From the NCBI GenBank assembly GCA_963667175.2, contig CAXXXF010000006.1, positions 657,851 to 721,850 on the forward strand: DNA of 64,000 nucleotides. The letters run 5' to 3'. A program made the position numbers and the translations under genes. Of the stretch, positions 17,477-28,768 are shown piece by piece (positions within the stretch are counted from its first letter, which is position 1; each line of letters starts with the position of its first letter). The notes under the pieces are model-generated. The model was not told the origin of the DNA. It ran no database searches and saw nothing but the letters and a program-made list of their open reading frames with translations. The stretch is from Candidatus Latescibacterota bacterium (lineage in GTDB: Bacteria; Latescibacterota; UBA2968; GCA-2709665).

Positions 17477-19780
17477 CTACGCTTTTTCCTCTTCCGGCGC
17501 ACGCATCGTATGCCTGCAACTGAGACAACTCAGCGACGTCCGCCCATTTCGACCGGTACGTTCCGCGAGAAAAGGTCCTTCGCACACGGGACAAGGCCGG
17601 TTCAACGGGCGGTCCCAGCTCGCGAACGTGCATTCAGGGTAATTGCCGCAACTGTAAAACGTCCTCCCCCGCCGGCTGCTGCGTTCCAGGAGCTTACCGT
17701 CGCAATCTTTCTTCGGGCAGGGCACACCCGTCGAAATCGAACGGGTATTCCTGCACTTCGGGTATCCCGAGCAGGCCAGAAACCGTCCATTGCGACCTGT
17801 GCGGATTGCCATATCCGAACCGCATTTCTCGCAAGTCTCGCCCGAGGGTTCGGGTTCGGACGCTTCGAGCGGTTGCGTGTTGCGACATTCCGGAAACCCG
17901 GAACACGCCATAAATTTACCGTTTCGCCCCCATTTGATCACCATGGTCTTGCCGCACTTCTCGCAAATCCGGTCCGTCTCTTCCTGAAGGGAGGCTTTCA
18001 GTTCTCCCCGCCGCCCTTCCGCACGGTCGAGATCCCTGGCGAAGGGCCCGTAGAAGTCCTCCACGACCTTCACCCAGCCCACCTCACCATTTTCGACCTG
18101 GTCGAGTTCATCCTCCATGCGGGCTGTGAAGTCCACGTTAAAGACGTCGGGAAACGCCTCAGCCAGTATACGGTTGACAGTGCGGCCCAGGTCCGTCGGT
18201 GTAAACCGCCCTCTCTCTTTCTCCGTATAGTCCCTGTCCTGGAGCGTGCTGATGATCTGGGCATAGGTGCTGGGGCGTCCGATTTCACGCGACTCCAGCT
18301 CCTTGACGAGTGTCGCCTCCGAAAACCTCGGGGGCGGCTTCGTAAAATGCTGCTCAGGAATCAGCCCCATCATGATGAGCGCGTCGCCACTTTTCAATCC
18401 ATCCGGCAGCCGCGCCTCGGCTTCCGCGTCCTCTTCGTCCTTCCCTTCGGTATAAAGCGCCGTAAAGCCGGCAAACTTGAGCACCGATCCGGTTGCCCGC
18501 AGACCATACTGCCCGGCGTGAATGTCTACCGTGGTCCGGTTGTATACGGCAGGGGCCATCTGGCACGCGATAAACCGGTCCCAGATCAGTCGATACAGTC
18601 TCGCCTGATCGGCGGTCAGTTGTGCCTGGATCACCTCCGGCGGGCGCTCCGTATCCGTGGGGCGTATCGCCTCATGCGCATCCTGGGCGCCCTTCCCCTT
18701 GCGGTACGTCCTGGCACGGGGCGGGAGATAGGCTTCCCCGAATCGCTGTCGAATGTAATCCCTTGCCGCGGATACGGCTTCGCCAGCCAACCGCGTGGAG
18801 TCGGTCCGCATATACGTGATCAAGCCGGTTGTTTCCGCCGACCCGGCCTCGTCACCCTGGACCTCAACGCCTTCGTAGAGTTGCTGGGCGACCCGCATCG
18901 TCCTGCGAGCCGTAAAACGCAGCCTGCGAGACGCCTCCTGCTGCAGCGTGCTCGTAATGAAGGGAGGCGCCGGATTGCGACGCTGTTCCCGTTTTTTTAC
19001 GTCCGCGATCCGATATCCGTATTGCCGGGGTGTATCCGAGGCGCTCCTGTCGGCGAGTTTTTCCTTGGGATCCGACGCCAACTCCCGGAGGTCGGACAAA
19101 ATCGCGTCCACTTCATCCCGGTTTTTCACCTCCAGCTTTTCACCCCTCAATCGGATCAACCGCGCTTTGAACGGGACCGTATCCTCACGCCTCAACTTCA
19201 CGTCGACGGTCCAGTATTCTTCCGGAACGAACGCGTCGATGGCCGCCTCCCGCTCGCAAATCAGACGAAGCGCCACCGATTGGACCCGCCCGGCGCTCAG
19301 ACCGCCGTGAACCGTCTTCCACAACAGCGGGCTGACCTTGTACCCCACCAGGCGGTCAAGGACCCTGCGGGCCTGCTGTGCGTCCACCTTCCTCAAATCG
19401 ATGCTTGAGGGGTTGGCCACCGCATCCATTACCGCCCGTTCCGTAATCTCGTTGAACATCACCCTCTGGGCTTCGCCGACCCGCTTCAGCGCCTCGGCCA
19501 CGTGCCAGGCAATGGCTTCTCCCTCGCGATCCGGATCGGTCGCCAGAATCAGCCGCCCCGCCTTACGGGACGCCGCGCGAAGCTCTTTGACGAATTTGTT
19601 CCGGTCCCGGATCGTTCGGTACGTCGGCCTGAAACCATTCGCCACGTCGATGCCCAGTTCCTTCTGCGGCAGATCCCTTACGTGGCCCATACTGGCCATC
19701 ACCGTAAAGTCTCTACCGAGTATCTTGTTGATCGTTTTCGCCTTTGCGGGCGACTCGACGACCACCAGCGCATCCGGCAT
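17477..19780 (-). CDS. topA: DNA topoisomerase I
   Basis: VVESPAKAKTI, ATDPDREGEAI, SAGRVQSVAL, ITYMRTDS and C-terminal C4 zinc ribbons. Confidence 0.97.
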   Translation of the reverse strand: MPDALVVVESPAKAKTINKILGRDFTVMASMGHVRDLPQKELGIDVANGFRPTYRTIRDRNKFVKELRAASRKAGRLILATDPDREGEAIAWHVAEALKRVGEAQRVMFNEITERAVMDAVANPSSIDLRKVDAQQARRVLDRLVGYKVSPLLWKTVHGGLSAGRVQSVALRLICEREAAIDAFVPEEYWTVDVKLRREDTVPFKARLIRLRGEKLEVKNRDEVDAILSDLRELASDPKEKLADRSASDTPRQYGYRIADVKKREQRRNPAPPFITSTLQQEASRRLRFTARRTMRVAQQLYEGVEVQGDEAGSAETTGLITYMRTDSTRLAGEAVSAARDYIRQRFGEAYLPPRARTYRKGKGAQDAHEAIRPTDTERPPEVIQAQLTADQARLYRLIWDRFIACQMAPAVYNRTTVDIHAGQYGLRATGSVLKFAGFTALYTEGKDEEDAEAEARLPDGLKSGDALIMMGLIPEQHFTKPPPRFSEATLVKELESREIGRPSTYAQIISTLQDRDYTEKERGRFTPTDLGRTVNRILAEAFPDVFNVDFTARMEDELDQVENGEVGWVKVVEDFYGPFARDLDRAEGRRGELKASLQEETDRICEKCGKTMVIKWGRNGKFMACSGFPECRNTQPLEASEPEPSGETCEKCGSDMAIRTGRNGRFLACSGYPKCRNTRSISTGVPCPKKDCDGKLLERSSRRGRTFYSCGNYPECTFASWDRPLNRPCPVCEGPFLAERTGRNGRTSLSCLSCRHTMRAPEEEKA

Positions 19781-20129
19781 ACAGTCTCCCAAAAGAACGA
19801 GCCACTTCGATAGACGTCATCGAGTGACTCACCACGGTTCTGACGCGTTGTCCATCGCCGGAAGATTGGTTCGCAGGGCTCCGGAAGCGTTGCCTCACGA
19901 TCTCCCCGGGCACATCGATCGACATACGCGGCACGTCCAATTCAAAAATACGCGCGACCCAATCAAAAGTCAAGACTAAACTAATAACTTATTGTAAATC
20001 AGTTATTAAGACTATACGGCGTGAAACTGATGGATTCGATCCGCCGACGTACAGCGCTCCGCCGGACAGACCGAACGTCGGCTGTAGAGACCATAGTCGA
20101 ACGGTGGCGTCGCGCACCGATGCCAGGCG

Positions 20130-22229
20130 TCAGTCGCGCCGCCGGTCGGGTCTCGCACCGGTTCGCCGGCCCTGTCTCTCCGATCGCACGACGATGGCCT
20201 CAACGATCATCAGGATGAACGCCAGCCCCAGCGCATGCCGCCACAGTTCCGTTCCCCCGCGCGCTTCCCTGATCGCGTCTGCCGGAGAAGCACCCGGTTC
20301 CACAATTCGCAGACGGGCGCCGTCGAACACCCGTTTCAGCCGCTCCTGTGAGGCGGGCGTCGGATCCCCTTCATCGGGGTCGATACGAACGGCGAACCGG
20401 TCCGCCAGCCGATCCCTGGCATAAATCTCCCACACACCGGGGACGTCCACCTCCCCGACCGGCCAAACCGACTGAACGCCGCGCTGTTCGGGCCAGATCG
20501 TCCTCGGCTCACCCGTGGGAGGCTTCAGCAGGGCCTCCCGGGCCCGAACGTCGGAACGGTTGCGGTATACCACGTCGCCGACGGAATAATCGGACTGACC
20601 GGGAGCGCCCGCGGCGAGATATTGGCTCAGCCGATGGATGAACGGAACGAAGAACCCCGTAAGGGGCAGGTCGGTCCATCGCCGATCTGTATTCAAACCG
20701 GCGGCAAACAGCATCACTCGACCGGCGCCGACGTCGGTTTCGACCAGGGCGGGGTCGCCGTTGCGGAAGATCAGGACGGGCATTGCCGGTTCCCCCGGTC
20801 GTATCCGTATGTACGCGTAAAACCGGGGGCTTCGCAGCCCCTCCGCTGAAGCGATGGCTTCGAATATCGAATGATCAGACGGCGGCTCACGCAGCCTGTG
20901 ATAGGTGGTTTCCTGGCCTGGAGAGCCTTCAACACCCACGAGCGACCCCGGAAACAGGCCTGGTAGCAGCGTGGAATTGTAAAACCGGAAGTCCACCCGA
21001 TCCCCAAGGAGAATCATCAGGCCCATACCGTTCCGAACCCGATATTCCATGACCTTCGAAGTACCGGCGGGCAGCCGCGACACATTAAACAGCATGGCAG
21101 CATCGGTCCGGTTCAGAAGATCAGCGTTCAATTCGTCCGGCCGGACCTTCCGAACCGATACCGTCTGCGCCGACCCGGCGTCGAGGGCCTTCGAGACAAA
21201 ATAGGTCTCGTCCTCGTTCTCTGCCACCAGCAGCACCCGGATCCTTTCGGGGACATTAAGGACCGACGTGTAGACGTTGTCCGCCGCAAGGTCGTCGTCA
21301 CCCAGTTCCACGCGCAGGGGTACCTGTCCTCCCCTCTCCGGGGCGAAGCGGAAGTGGAGACGACGGGAGGCGCCGGGCTCGGTACGTACCACCTGCTGAC
21401 CGATCCGGCGCCCGTCAAGGTAAACCTGTACCGGCGCCCGCAGCCGGACGGGGCCACCGTAGTCCGTCAGCGATACCCTCAGTGTCGAAGCGCTTCCGGC
21501 GGCAAGAATCCCTTCGATCGGAAACGCGTCGCGGATCCCCACGTTATTCGCCTCGGATTGCCGTACCGGAATGCAAAACACGGAAATATCACGTCCTCTG
21601 AAGAGCGTGTCCGGGACCGCGGCCCAGCCGTTTCGCGAAAAATCCGAAATGACGTAGAGCTCTCTGTTCTGAATCGCCGATCGGGAGACATGCGACAGCG
21701 CAGCCTCAAGTGCGGAACGAAAGTTTGTTCCTCTGTGTGTGGACTTCAGGACCTCAAGCCGCGCCGCAAGTCGGTCGGGGCGGCCCGGCCGGATTTCCTC
21801 CACCCGGTCATCCACCTGAAAGAGGCGCACGTCGTCCTGGGTATCGAACAGTTGCAGGACCTCTTTCGCCCGGTTCCGAGCGCGGCCAAACAGGGTTCCT
21901 TCGGGTACCCTGTAGCTCATGCTCAGAGACCGGTCGAGCAGAAGCACGGCCGACGTTCGCAGGGCGCCATTGCCCGGTACACCTTTCAACGTGGGACGGG
22001 CAAACCCGAGTACCAGGAACAAAATGACCAGCGTGCGGAGAATCAGGAGCAGGATCTGCTTTAATCTGACCCGCCGCATTCGATCCTGCTGAAGGGTCTG
22101 CAGGAGAGCCACGTTACTGAACGCAACGGTTACGGTCCGCCGACGGTTGAGAAGGTGAATCGCCAGCGGCAGCAGCGCGGCCCATAACCCGTGCAGCATG
22201 GCCGGTGATGAAAAGGAGAGACCAAACAT
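20130..22229 (-). CDS. BatA-domain / VWA membrane protein
   Basis: LPLAIHLLNRRR N-terminal BatA motif. MIDAS DRSLSM. C-terminal TM. Confidence 0.85.
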   Translation of the reverse strand: MFGLSFSSPAMLHGLWAALLPLAIHLLNRRRTVTVAFSNVALLQTLQQDRMRRVRLKQILLLILRTLVILFLVLGFARPTLKGVPGNGALRTSAVLLLDRSLSMSYRVPEGTLFGRARNRAKEVLQLFDTQDDVRLFQVDDRVEEIRPGRPDRLAARLEVLKSTHRGTNFRSALEAALSHVSRSAIQNRELYVISDFSRNGWAAVPDTLFRGRDISVFCIPVRQSEANNVGIRDAFPIEGILAAGSASTLRVSLTDYGGPVRLRAPVQVYLDGRRIGQQVVRTEPGASRRLHFRFAPERGGQVPLRVELGDDDLAADNVYTSVLNVPERIRVLLVAENEDETYFVSKALDAGSAQTVSVRKVRPDELNADLLNRTDAAMLFNVSRLPAGTSKVMEYRVRNGMGLMILLGDRVDFRFYNSTLLPGLFPGSLVGVEGSPGQETTYHRLREPPSDHSIFEAIASAEGLRSPRFYAYIRIRPGEPAMPVLIFRNGDPALVETDVGAGRVMLFAAGLNTDRRWTDLPLTGFFVPFIHRLSQYLAAGAPGQSDYSVGDVVYRNRSDVRAREALLKPPTGEPRTIWPEQRGVQSVWPVGEVDVPGVWEIYARDRLADRFAVRIDPDEGDPTPASQERLKRVFDGARLRIVEPGASPADAIREARGGTELWRHALGLAFILMIVEAIVVRSERQGRRTGARPDRRRD

Positions 22230-22440
22230 GCCGATCAGAACTTGAAACGTGGAATCAGGCGTTCGCGTTACCCCATCTGCCGGGCGGCGAGGAGACTCGT
22301 GCTCCGGTCTGTCGTCTGCGTTCAGTCCGCCCGGTTCGACGGACGCCGGGAGGGTTCCCGGGATTCCGCGCCACGCACAAAAAAAACCTGCTTCTCAAGC
22401 GATCGCAGGCAGTTGCGCTTCGGGACGGGTTCGATCCGGA

Positions 22441-22902
22441 TCAGGAATGGTGTTTCTCTTCTTCTTCGATACAGGCAATGAGCGACTCCCGGTCCTCGGA
22501 TTCGATGAGATGCCGGCGAAACGCCTCGCCTTTGAGCACGCGGGAGATGCGCGCGAGCGCCTTGATGTGCGGTCCGGAAACATCCATTGGCGAAACCAGA
22601 AGAAAGAAGATGAACGTCGGCTGGTCGTCCAGCGCGTCGAAGTCGACGCCATCCCGCTTAATCCCCAGTACGCCGCCCAGTTCGCTCACGTATTCGGATT
22701 TGCCGTGCGGAATGGCGATCCCGTGTCCGATACCGGTACTCATGATTTCCTCGCGCAGAAGCACGGCGTCCAGGACCCTCCCGCGATCGGTTATCTTGTC
22801 ACCGTCTACGGCATCGACCAGCTCCTCGAGTATTTCCCGTTTGTTCCGGCCCCTCAACCCGGCAATGACCGACCTGCCAGAAAGAATCTCCATAAGGGTC
22901 AT
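22441..22902 (-). CDS. PTS IIA (Ntr/fructose-type) domain protein
   Basis: REEIMSTGIGHGIAIPHGK phospho-His motif and HIKALARISR. Confidence 0.9.
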   Translation of the reverse strand: MTLMEILSGRSVIAGLRGRNKREILEELVDAVDGDKITDRGRVLDAVLLREEIMSTGIGHGIAIPHGKSEYVSELGGVLGIKRDGVDFDALDDQPTFIFFLLVSPMDVSGPHIKALARISRVLKGEAFRRHLIESEDRESLIACIEEEEKHHS

Positions 22903-23093
22903 GAAAACGTCTCCCGCGAACACCCCCAAAACGCCGTCAACATCCTGTTCCCGCGCCACCTGGTCAAGCGAGGCGAAAAATAACCCATACCTGGTTCGTA
23001 GTCAAGGGAAATGGCGCAGAAGAACGCGGGGATGCGCCAATGCCGTCACCGGAGATCCCCGTACCGGGATCAGCGACGCCGCGGCGCCGGAAG

Positions 23094-24887
23094 TCACGGT
23101 TCCGCACGGCCCCGAATCAGCAGTTCCCGTTCATAGCTGCGCAGCAGGTCCGAACGAGTGATGATCCCTTCCAGCTCTGCCGGCGAACCGGTACGAAGTA
23201 CCGGCAGCGTATCCGCATCCACGTTCGAAAACTGAACAAGCGCGTCGGCCAGTGAACTCGAGAGCTCGAGGGCGGCCGGCGGTTGGCTCATCACGTCCTC
23301 GGCGATGAGCAACGCGTGCATATCGTACTCGAGCATCACTTCCCGTATGTCGTGAAACCAGATCATCCCCTTGAACCCGCCCTTGTCGTCCACGACGGGG
23401 AAATCGTTCAAATTGCTGCGGCCGATCAGGTCGACGATTTCACGCAACGGCGTGTGTTCCCTGATGAAGTCGAAATCCGGACGGACGATTCGCGAGACCG
23501 GGAGTCGTTCCAATACCGACAGGTCCCGTCCCTGGTGTATATTCAACCCCCTGCGCCTGAGCTTGAGCGAATAGATGGACTCGCGCTCGATGACGCGCGC
23601 CATCGCCACCGCGAGAACCGTGGCGAACATCAACGGCAGGATGAGGCGGTAGTTTCCCGTCATCTCCACAATAATCAGCGAAGACGTCAGGGGGGCGTGC
23701 GTGGTGGCCGCCACGAAGGCGCTCATGCCAACCACGGCATATGCGCCGGAGGGGCTGACGACGCCGGGCAGCCAGGTCGCCGCGAGGCGGCCGAAAGCCC
23801 CGCCGAGGGTGGCCCCCATGAAGAGCGACGGCGCGAACAGGCCGCCCGATGCGCCGGAGCCGACCGTCAAAGAGGTACTGAGCAGTTTCAACCCCAGCAA
23901 CAGACCCAGCATAGGCAGCAGGATCTGACCGTGAAGCGCGGCGCCGATGATCTCGTAACCCACGCCCAGGGCGGGCGGACACCCGAGACCGATAATTCCG
24001 ACCAGCGCGCCGCCGACGGCCGGTTTCAGCCATACGGGCATCCCATGCGCGCGGCGGTTGAAGAGATCCTCCGTCGCGTACAGCAGGCGTATGAACGCAA
24101 CGCCCGCGATGCCCGCGAGAACGGCCAGTATAACGTACCATCCCAACTCGTGGAGATTGACGAACTGATAGTCCGGCACCTCGAAGACCTGTCGTTCTCC
24201 CATGTAGGCCTTTGCAACGACGGCCGACATCACGGAAGCGATTACCACGGGGGTAAAGGCGGCAATCGTAAAGTCTCCGAGGATGATCTCCAGGGAAAAA
24301 AGCACACCCGCGATCGGCGCGTTGAAAATGGCCGAGATACCGGCCGAAGCGCCACAGGCAATCAGTGTCTTCAGGTTCGCTTCCGAGAATCTGAAGAGTC
24401 GCCCGACAGTGGATCCCCACGCGGCGCCGATCTGGATGATCGGCCCTTCGCTTCCGGCCGACCCGCCGGATCCGAGTGTGAACGCAGACGCAAACGCCTT
24501 GGCGACCATCACGCGTGCGCGAATGACCCCGCGCCTGGTGATGATTGCGTTCATCACTTCCGCAACGCCTGGCCCGCGCGCCTCTACCGCGTAGAAGCAT
24601 GCGATCAGACCGGCGGCCAGACCACCCACGGCCGGAATGAGGGGAAACAGGAAGGATTTGCCCAGCAATGCGGGCGCGTCTACAAGCAACAACCCGTGCA
24701 CCGCGTCCAGCAGCCACTGAAACAGCACGGAACCGGCCCCGCAACCGACCCCGATCAGAATGGCCAGCCCGATCAGGAAGGTCTGTTCGCTAAGGTTTAA
24801 CCTCGGGAAGAACCGAACGATGCGGTTCCGGAAGCGGTTCGTCGGGTTGGGGGAAGTCAAAATCGATGGCGCGGGATCGACATCCAC
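23094..24887 (-). CDS. CLC-family chloride channel/antiporter with CBS domains
   Basis: GPGVAEV, GGSAGSEGPIIQIG, GGLFAPSL and C-terminal CBS pair. Confidence 0.92.
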   Translation of the reverse strand: MDVDPAPSILTSPNPTNRFRNRIVRFFPRLNLSEQTFLIGLAILIGVGCGAGSVLFQWLLDAVHGLLLVDAPALLGKSFLFPLIPAVGGLAAGLIACFYAVEARGPGVAEVMNAIITRRGVIRARVMVAKAFASAFTLGSGGSAGSEGPIIQIGAAWGSTVGRLFRFSEANLKTLIACGASAGISAIFNAPIAGVLFSLEIILGDFTIAAFTPVVIASVMSAVVAKAYMGERQVFEVPDYQFVNLHELGWYVILAVLAGIAGVAFIRLLYATEDLFNRRAHGMPVWLKPAVGGALVGIIGLGCPPALGVGYEIIGAALHGQILLPMLGLLLGLKLLSTSLTVGSGASGGLFAPSLFMGATLGGAFGRLAATWLPGVVSPSGAYAVVGMSAFVAATTHAPLTSSLIIVEMTGNYRLILPLMFATVLAVAMARVIERESIYSLKLRRRGLNIHQGRDLSVLERLPVSRIVRPDFDFIREHTPLREIVDLIGRSNLNDFPVVDDKGGFKGMIWFHDIREVMLEYDMHALLIAEDVMSQPPAALELSSSLADALVQFSNVDADTLPVLRTGSPAELEGIITRSDLLRSYERELLIRGRAEP

Positions 24888-25129
24888 CGTATAATCCCTT
24901 TGTTGCGGTTGGTGGTCGGCGTACGCGAAGCCGATTTCGACAGATGAGTATACCCGCCGCCACGCGCACTGTCAAGCGGAAAGCGGAAATTTCGTGCCAC
25001 GTGAAAACTTGAAACATTTGGGATGAATCGGCGTAAAACGGGGGAACTCTGCGCCTTCGGCCTGGAAACATGCCGATTCCCCGGTCGTTTGCGCCCGGAT
25101 CCGCCCTGCTTGAAACCGAAAGGAACGTC

Positions 25130-27538
25130 ATGCGACCTGTTGGACCCGTACCGAAATCTGTCTCCACCGTGTGCTTGATCTGTTTGTTGGCGCCGTCGAA
25201 CGTTTTCTCGCTGCCGCCGTCAACCGCGGACTCCCTCTACGCTCAGGGTCAATCGGCACAACGACTGGACGACGTGCGTGAAATCGTCTCCCGGCTCAAC
25301 GCCGCCCTCCCCGCGGCCGGCCATCCCGCGGGACTGCTGGTTCGCATCGGCAACCTGTACTTGCGGCTTCAGGAGGCGGACAGCGCGAACGTCGCCTTCA
25401 ATGCCGCCGTTGACCGTGACTCCACGCTGGCGGGCGCCTTTCTTGGCCTGGGCGAGGTCCTGCTGGAACTCCGGAACAGGCCCCGATCCGCGCTTGTGCC
25501 GCTGCAGCGGGCCGTCGATCTGGATTCCACGTACGCGGAAGCCCATTTCATGTTGGCCCGCGCGTATCTGCGATCCAGAAAAACCACGGCCGCACGGCGT
25601 GCTGCAGACAAGAGCATCCAGGCGGATCCGAAGTTCGCGGCGCCGTACCTGTTTCTGGCAAAGCTCTACCAGCGGGAAAACAACAACCGGGTAGCCCATA
25701 CGTTTTACAAACAGTATCTCGATCAGCGCCCGAACGACCAGACCGCAGCCTACGAATTCGCCGTAGAACTGCTCAAGCAGAAAGAACTCGACAGGGCCAG
25801 GGAAATCGCCGAACGTCTGGGCGGGCTGCGCGGTTTGCCGATTGTCGCCCAGGCACTGATGGCCGATCGGGACTACGAAGGCGCGCTGGCGGCTTTCTCG
25901 CGGTACATCGACGGCCTCGTTCCGGAGGAACAGGCCCTCTTCGAAGACATTTCGCTGGTGGGCCTGCCCCGGGAAGTGAAGGCCTTTCGAACGACGACGC
26001 CGGAAACCCGCGAGGCGTTCCTCCGGAACTTCTGGCTCAGAAAAGACCCCTTCAAGTCGTCTGCCGGCGCCATGCGACGGGCCGAGCATTACCGCCGGGT
26101 GTGGTACGCGCGCGCCTTCTTCGGAAGGAAGAAATTCCCGTATGACCGGAGGGGCCAGATCTATATTCGATACGGAGAGCCGGACTTCCGCTCCAGCTGG
26201 CGTGAACTCAACGCCCAGATGCCGCTTGACGTCCAGCGGGTGCAGGAGAGGATGGCGCACCAGCTGTACGGGAACAAGGCCCTGGCCCTGACGTTCGTGG
26301 GACCGGTCTATCCCATTCGCTCCGCCCAGGCCGCGGAAAACACCTGGCGCAACTCGGAGGTGCGGGCAACCTCACAACCGATTCAGACCATAGACGAAGC
26401 CGCGGTCGGCCTGGAACGCTACAAGCCCATAACCTCCAGCGGAGACTGGTCCGCCGTTCCCTGGGCGGTCTGGATATACGCGGACATCGACGGCGGCGTA
26501 GAAATCGCCTTCACGGACGAGTTCAACACGGGTAACTTCGACTACGCGCCGGAACCGGTCCTCGGCCCGGAAGACATCAATGAATACAACATGCAGAGCC
26601 GCGGCGGCCCGTTCCGCAACATGATCAACCGGCTGAACACCCTGTCGCCCGCGGCCCGGATGTCCAGGGTCGCCAGTAAGGAACCCGAACGATTCGCCTT
26701 CGAAGCGCTGGAACCCTTGGACTTCTATTACGAGGCCCTGTCCTTCAGAGGGCAGGACGGCAAAACCGAACTTCAACTCAACCTGGGACTGCCCATTGAC
26801 AACGTCGCCCGGCCCGAAGACATCGACACGACCGTCGTCGTCAATCGCCGCGTCGCGCTCGTCGACAGCCGCCGCGCCCGGCTCCACAAACGGAAAGACG
26901 ACCTCGCCGTCCCGGTTACGGACGCAAACCTGGGCCGGAGCCTGCTGGCGCTGGACCGCGTTGACATGGCCGCGGCACCCGGCGTGTACCAGCTTGCCGT
27001 GGAAGCATGGCGGACAAACACGGACATGCTCCAGGTCTACCAGCAGACCCTGAACCTGCCCGATTACAGCGGCGACGAACTCATGATGAGCGATATCCAG
27101 ATCGCACAGAGCGTACGGGAAGCCAGTGACGGGGCCGATCCGAAATTCGTGCGCCAGGGCTGGAATATCCTTCCGGCGCCATCCCGCGCCTTCTACGTTG
27201 GCAACTCCGTTTTTGTCTATTTCGAAGTCTATAACCTCGAAAAGGACGCCTTCGGAAATACCCGCTACGAAGTGACGTTCGAGGTCGTCTCCAAGTCCAC
27301 GAGCAACACGTCCCCCAGAACCTTCCTGCCCAGAATCCGCAAGGACGGCGAAGCCATTGAAGTTCGATACGAGCAGGTCGGTACCGATATCCGGGTCTCG
27401 GACTTTGTGGAACTGGATCTGGGACAGGCGGATCAGGGTCGTTACTCGCTCCACATGACGGTCAAGGACCTGAACGCCGACCGGACCATCAAACGCGACA
27501 GTCTCTTCCGGATTGCATCGCCCCCGCGCCGGCGATAG
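25130..27538 (+). CDS. TPR + GWxTD-like domain protein
   Basis: Signal peptide, TPRs, FWLRKDP..EHYRRVWYA..DRRGQIYIRYGEPD. Confidence 0.8.
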   Translation: MRPVGPVPKSVSTVCLICLLAPSNVFSLPPSTADSLYAQGQSAQRLDDVREIVSRLNAALPAAGHPAGLLVRIGNLYLRLQEADSANVAFNAAVDRDSTLAGAFLGLGEVLLELRNRPRSALVPLQRAVDLDSTYAEAHFMLARAYLRSRKTTAARRAADKSIQADPKFAAPYLFLAKLYQRENNNRVAHTFYKQYLDQRPNDQTAAYEFAVELLKQKELDRAREIAERLGGLRGLPIVAQALMADRDYEGALAAFSRYIDGLVPEEQALFEDISLVGLPREVKAFRTTTPETREAFLRNFWLRKDPFKSSAGAMRRAEHYRRVWYARAFFGRKKFPYDRRGQIYIRYGEPDFRSSWRELNAQMPLDVQRVQERMAHQLYGNKALALTFVGPVYPIRSAQAAENTWRNSEVRATSQPIQTIDEAAVGLERYKPITSSGDWSAVPWAVWIYADIDGGVEIAFTDEFNTGNFDYAPEPVLGPEDINEYNMQSRGGPFRNMINRLNTLSPAARMSRVASKEPERFAFEALEPLDFYYEALSFRGQDGKTELQLNLGLPIDNVARPEDIDTTVVVNRRVALVDSRRARLHKRKDDLAVPVTDANLGRSLLALDRVDMAAAPGVYQLAVEAWRTNTDMLQVYQQTLNLPDYSGDELMMSDIQIAQSVREASDGADPKFVRQGWNILPAPSRAFYVGNSVFVYFEVYNLEKDAFGNTRYEVTFEVVSKSTSNTSPRTFLPRIRKDGEAIEVRYEQVGTDIRVSDFVELDLGQADQGRYSLHMTVKDLNADRTIKRDSLFRIASPPRRR

Positions 27539-27583
27539 CGGCCCGCGCGGGCCAGGCATCGGGATACACGGCGGTCCGGACGA

Positions 27584-28132
27584 TCATCCCACCCGCGTCA
27601 CCAGGGCGCCGGCCACACGATCGTGCAGCGCCTGCCGGTCCGGATGGCGGCGCGTGATCCAGACAAGCACGAAGCCCAGCAGCCAGCCCGAATAGAAGAC
27701 GATTGACCAGGCATAAAGGCTCTCGGCATCGAAATCCTCCGGCGGCGTCAGGACACGCCCCGCGTCCAGAGCCACCTGATGCGGATCCGCATACGGGTTC
27801 AGCGCGGACAGGGCAATGACAAACCCGAAAATCGGCGTCCACTTCACCGCCGAACGAACCCATGCCCGTGTACGCCCGATCGCGCCGCCGTCCACGGAGA
27901 TGACCTTCAGGCTCATCATGATCTTGCCCGGCGTCTGTCCCCTGCGTGCAAGAAATACGGTACCGTAGACCAGCGTTATCCCATATACCAGAACAAGCGC
28001 CGCAATGGGAGAGGGCGTGATTTCTCTCAATGCGCGGGAAAGCGGCAGATCCAGAAGCTTCAGCATCAGCACGTCGATCACCAGCGCGAGAAACCGTTTC
28101 CCCAGCCCGGCCATCTCATCATGCATCAGCAT
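27584..28132 (-). CDS. RDD-family membrane protein
   Basis: KRFLALVID, GQTPGK..LKV, QALHDRVAG. Confidence 0.9.
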   Translation of the reverse strand: MLMHDEMAGLGKRFLALVIDVLMLKLLDLPLSRALREITPSPIAALVLVYGITLVYGTVFLARRGQTPGKIMMSLKVISVDGGAIGRTRAWVRSAVKWTPIFGFVIALSALNPYADPHQVALDAGRVLTPPEDFDAESLYAWSIVFYSGWLLGFVLVWITRRHPDRQALHDRVAGALVTRVG

Positions 28133-28556
28133 CGTCTTGATCCCCTGCGTCCGACCTCGGCGCGTGAAGCTCTATCGGCAGATACTCCCTGAAACGCCGA
28201 AAATCGCCGTCGGTGGTAAAGATCGGCATCCGGTACCGATGGGAGACCGCGCAGATCAGAAAATCGGTGTTTGAGCCTTGAATACCCCGCCGCCGGCTCA
28301 GGTTGAAAAAATCGGCCGCGCATTCGTAGTCCGCAGCTTCGAGCGGCAGGTCGGGAAACGCACGCAGGCGGCTTCGGAGTTTCTCAAATTGACCCTGTAT
28401 TCGGATTCCGGAGAGGATTTCCTGTCGGATGGGCCCGATCAGCTGGACGCGGAGCTCGCGGACCAGTTCCCCGAACTCTTCAGCGACCGGATGTTCGGAA
28501 ACCGCCTTGCGCCGCAGAGAAAGGGACCAGACACTCGTATCCACCACGACCTTCAT
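28119..28556 (-). CDS. vapC: PIN-domain toxin VapC
   Basis: VVVDTSVWS..QEILSG..TDFLICA..IFTTDGDF. Confidence 0.9.
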   Translation of the reverse strand: MKVVVDTSVWSLSLRRKAVSEHPVAEEFGELVRELRVQLIGPIRQEILSGIRIQGQFEKLRSRLRAFPDLPLEAADYECAADFFNLSRRRGIQGSNTDFLICAVSHRYRMPIFTTDGDFRRFREYLPIELHAPRSDAGDQDDADA

Positions 28557-28753
28557 TGCCGTTTCCGCTGTTTCTTATCGTCGAAATCCGGATCGTAGTC
28601 GATCGTATGAAGCAGGTCCAGTATCCGGAGTTGCGTCCGACGCTGGACGTATTCTTTCAGAGCCTCGGTGACAACGGCCTTTTTCGTTCTGTGCCCCCCG
28701 ATGCGACGGGCTTCCTCGATCAACCCGTCATCGAGCGCGAGATTGGTCGCCAT
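28553..28753 (-). CDS. vapB: VapB-type antitoxin
   Basis: MATNLALDDGLIEEARRIGGHRTKKAVVTEALKEYV. ATGA overlap with vapC. Confidence 0.88.
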   Translation of the reverse strand: MATNLALDDGLIEEARRIGGHRTKKAVVTEALKEYVQRRTQLRILDLLHTIDYDPDFDDKKQRKRQ

Positions 28754-28768
28754 CTTTCACCTCCACGT

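Noticed and set aside
17450-19408. Long antisense ORFs (also 23283-24800, 30433-32226, 32736-34319, 34682-37261, 57826-59379)
   Set aside because: Shadows of well-supported opposite-strand genes in GC-rich DNA, with no protein motifs.
22420-22445. GGTTCGATCC T-loop-like sequence
   Set aside because: No cloverleaf or acceptor stem around it; not a tRNA.
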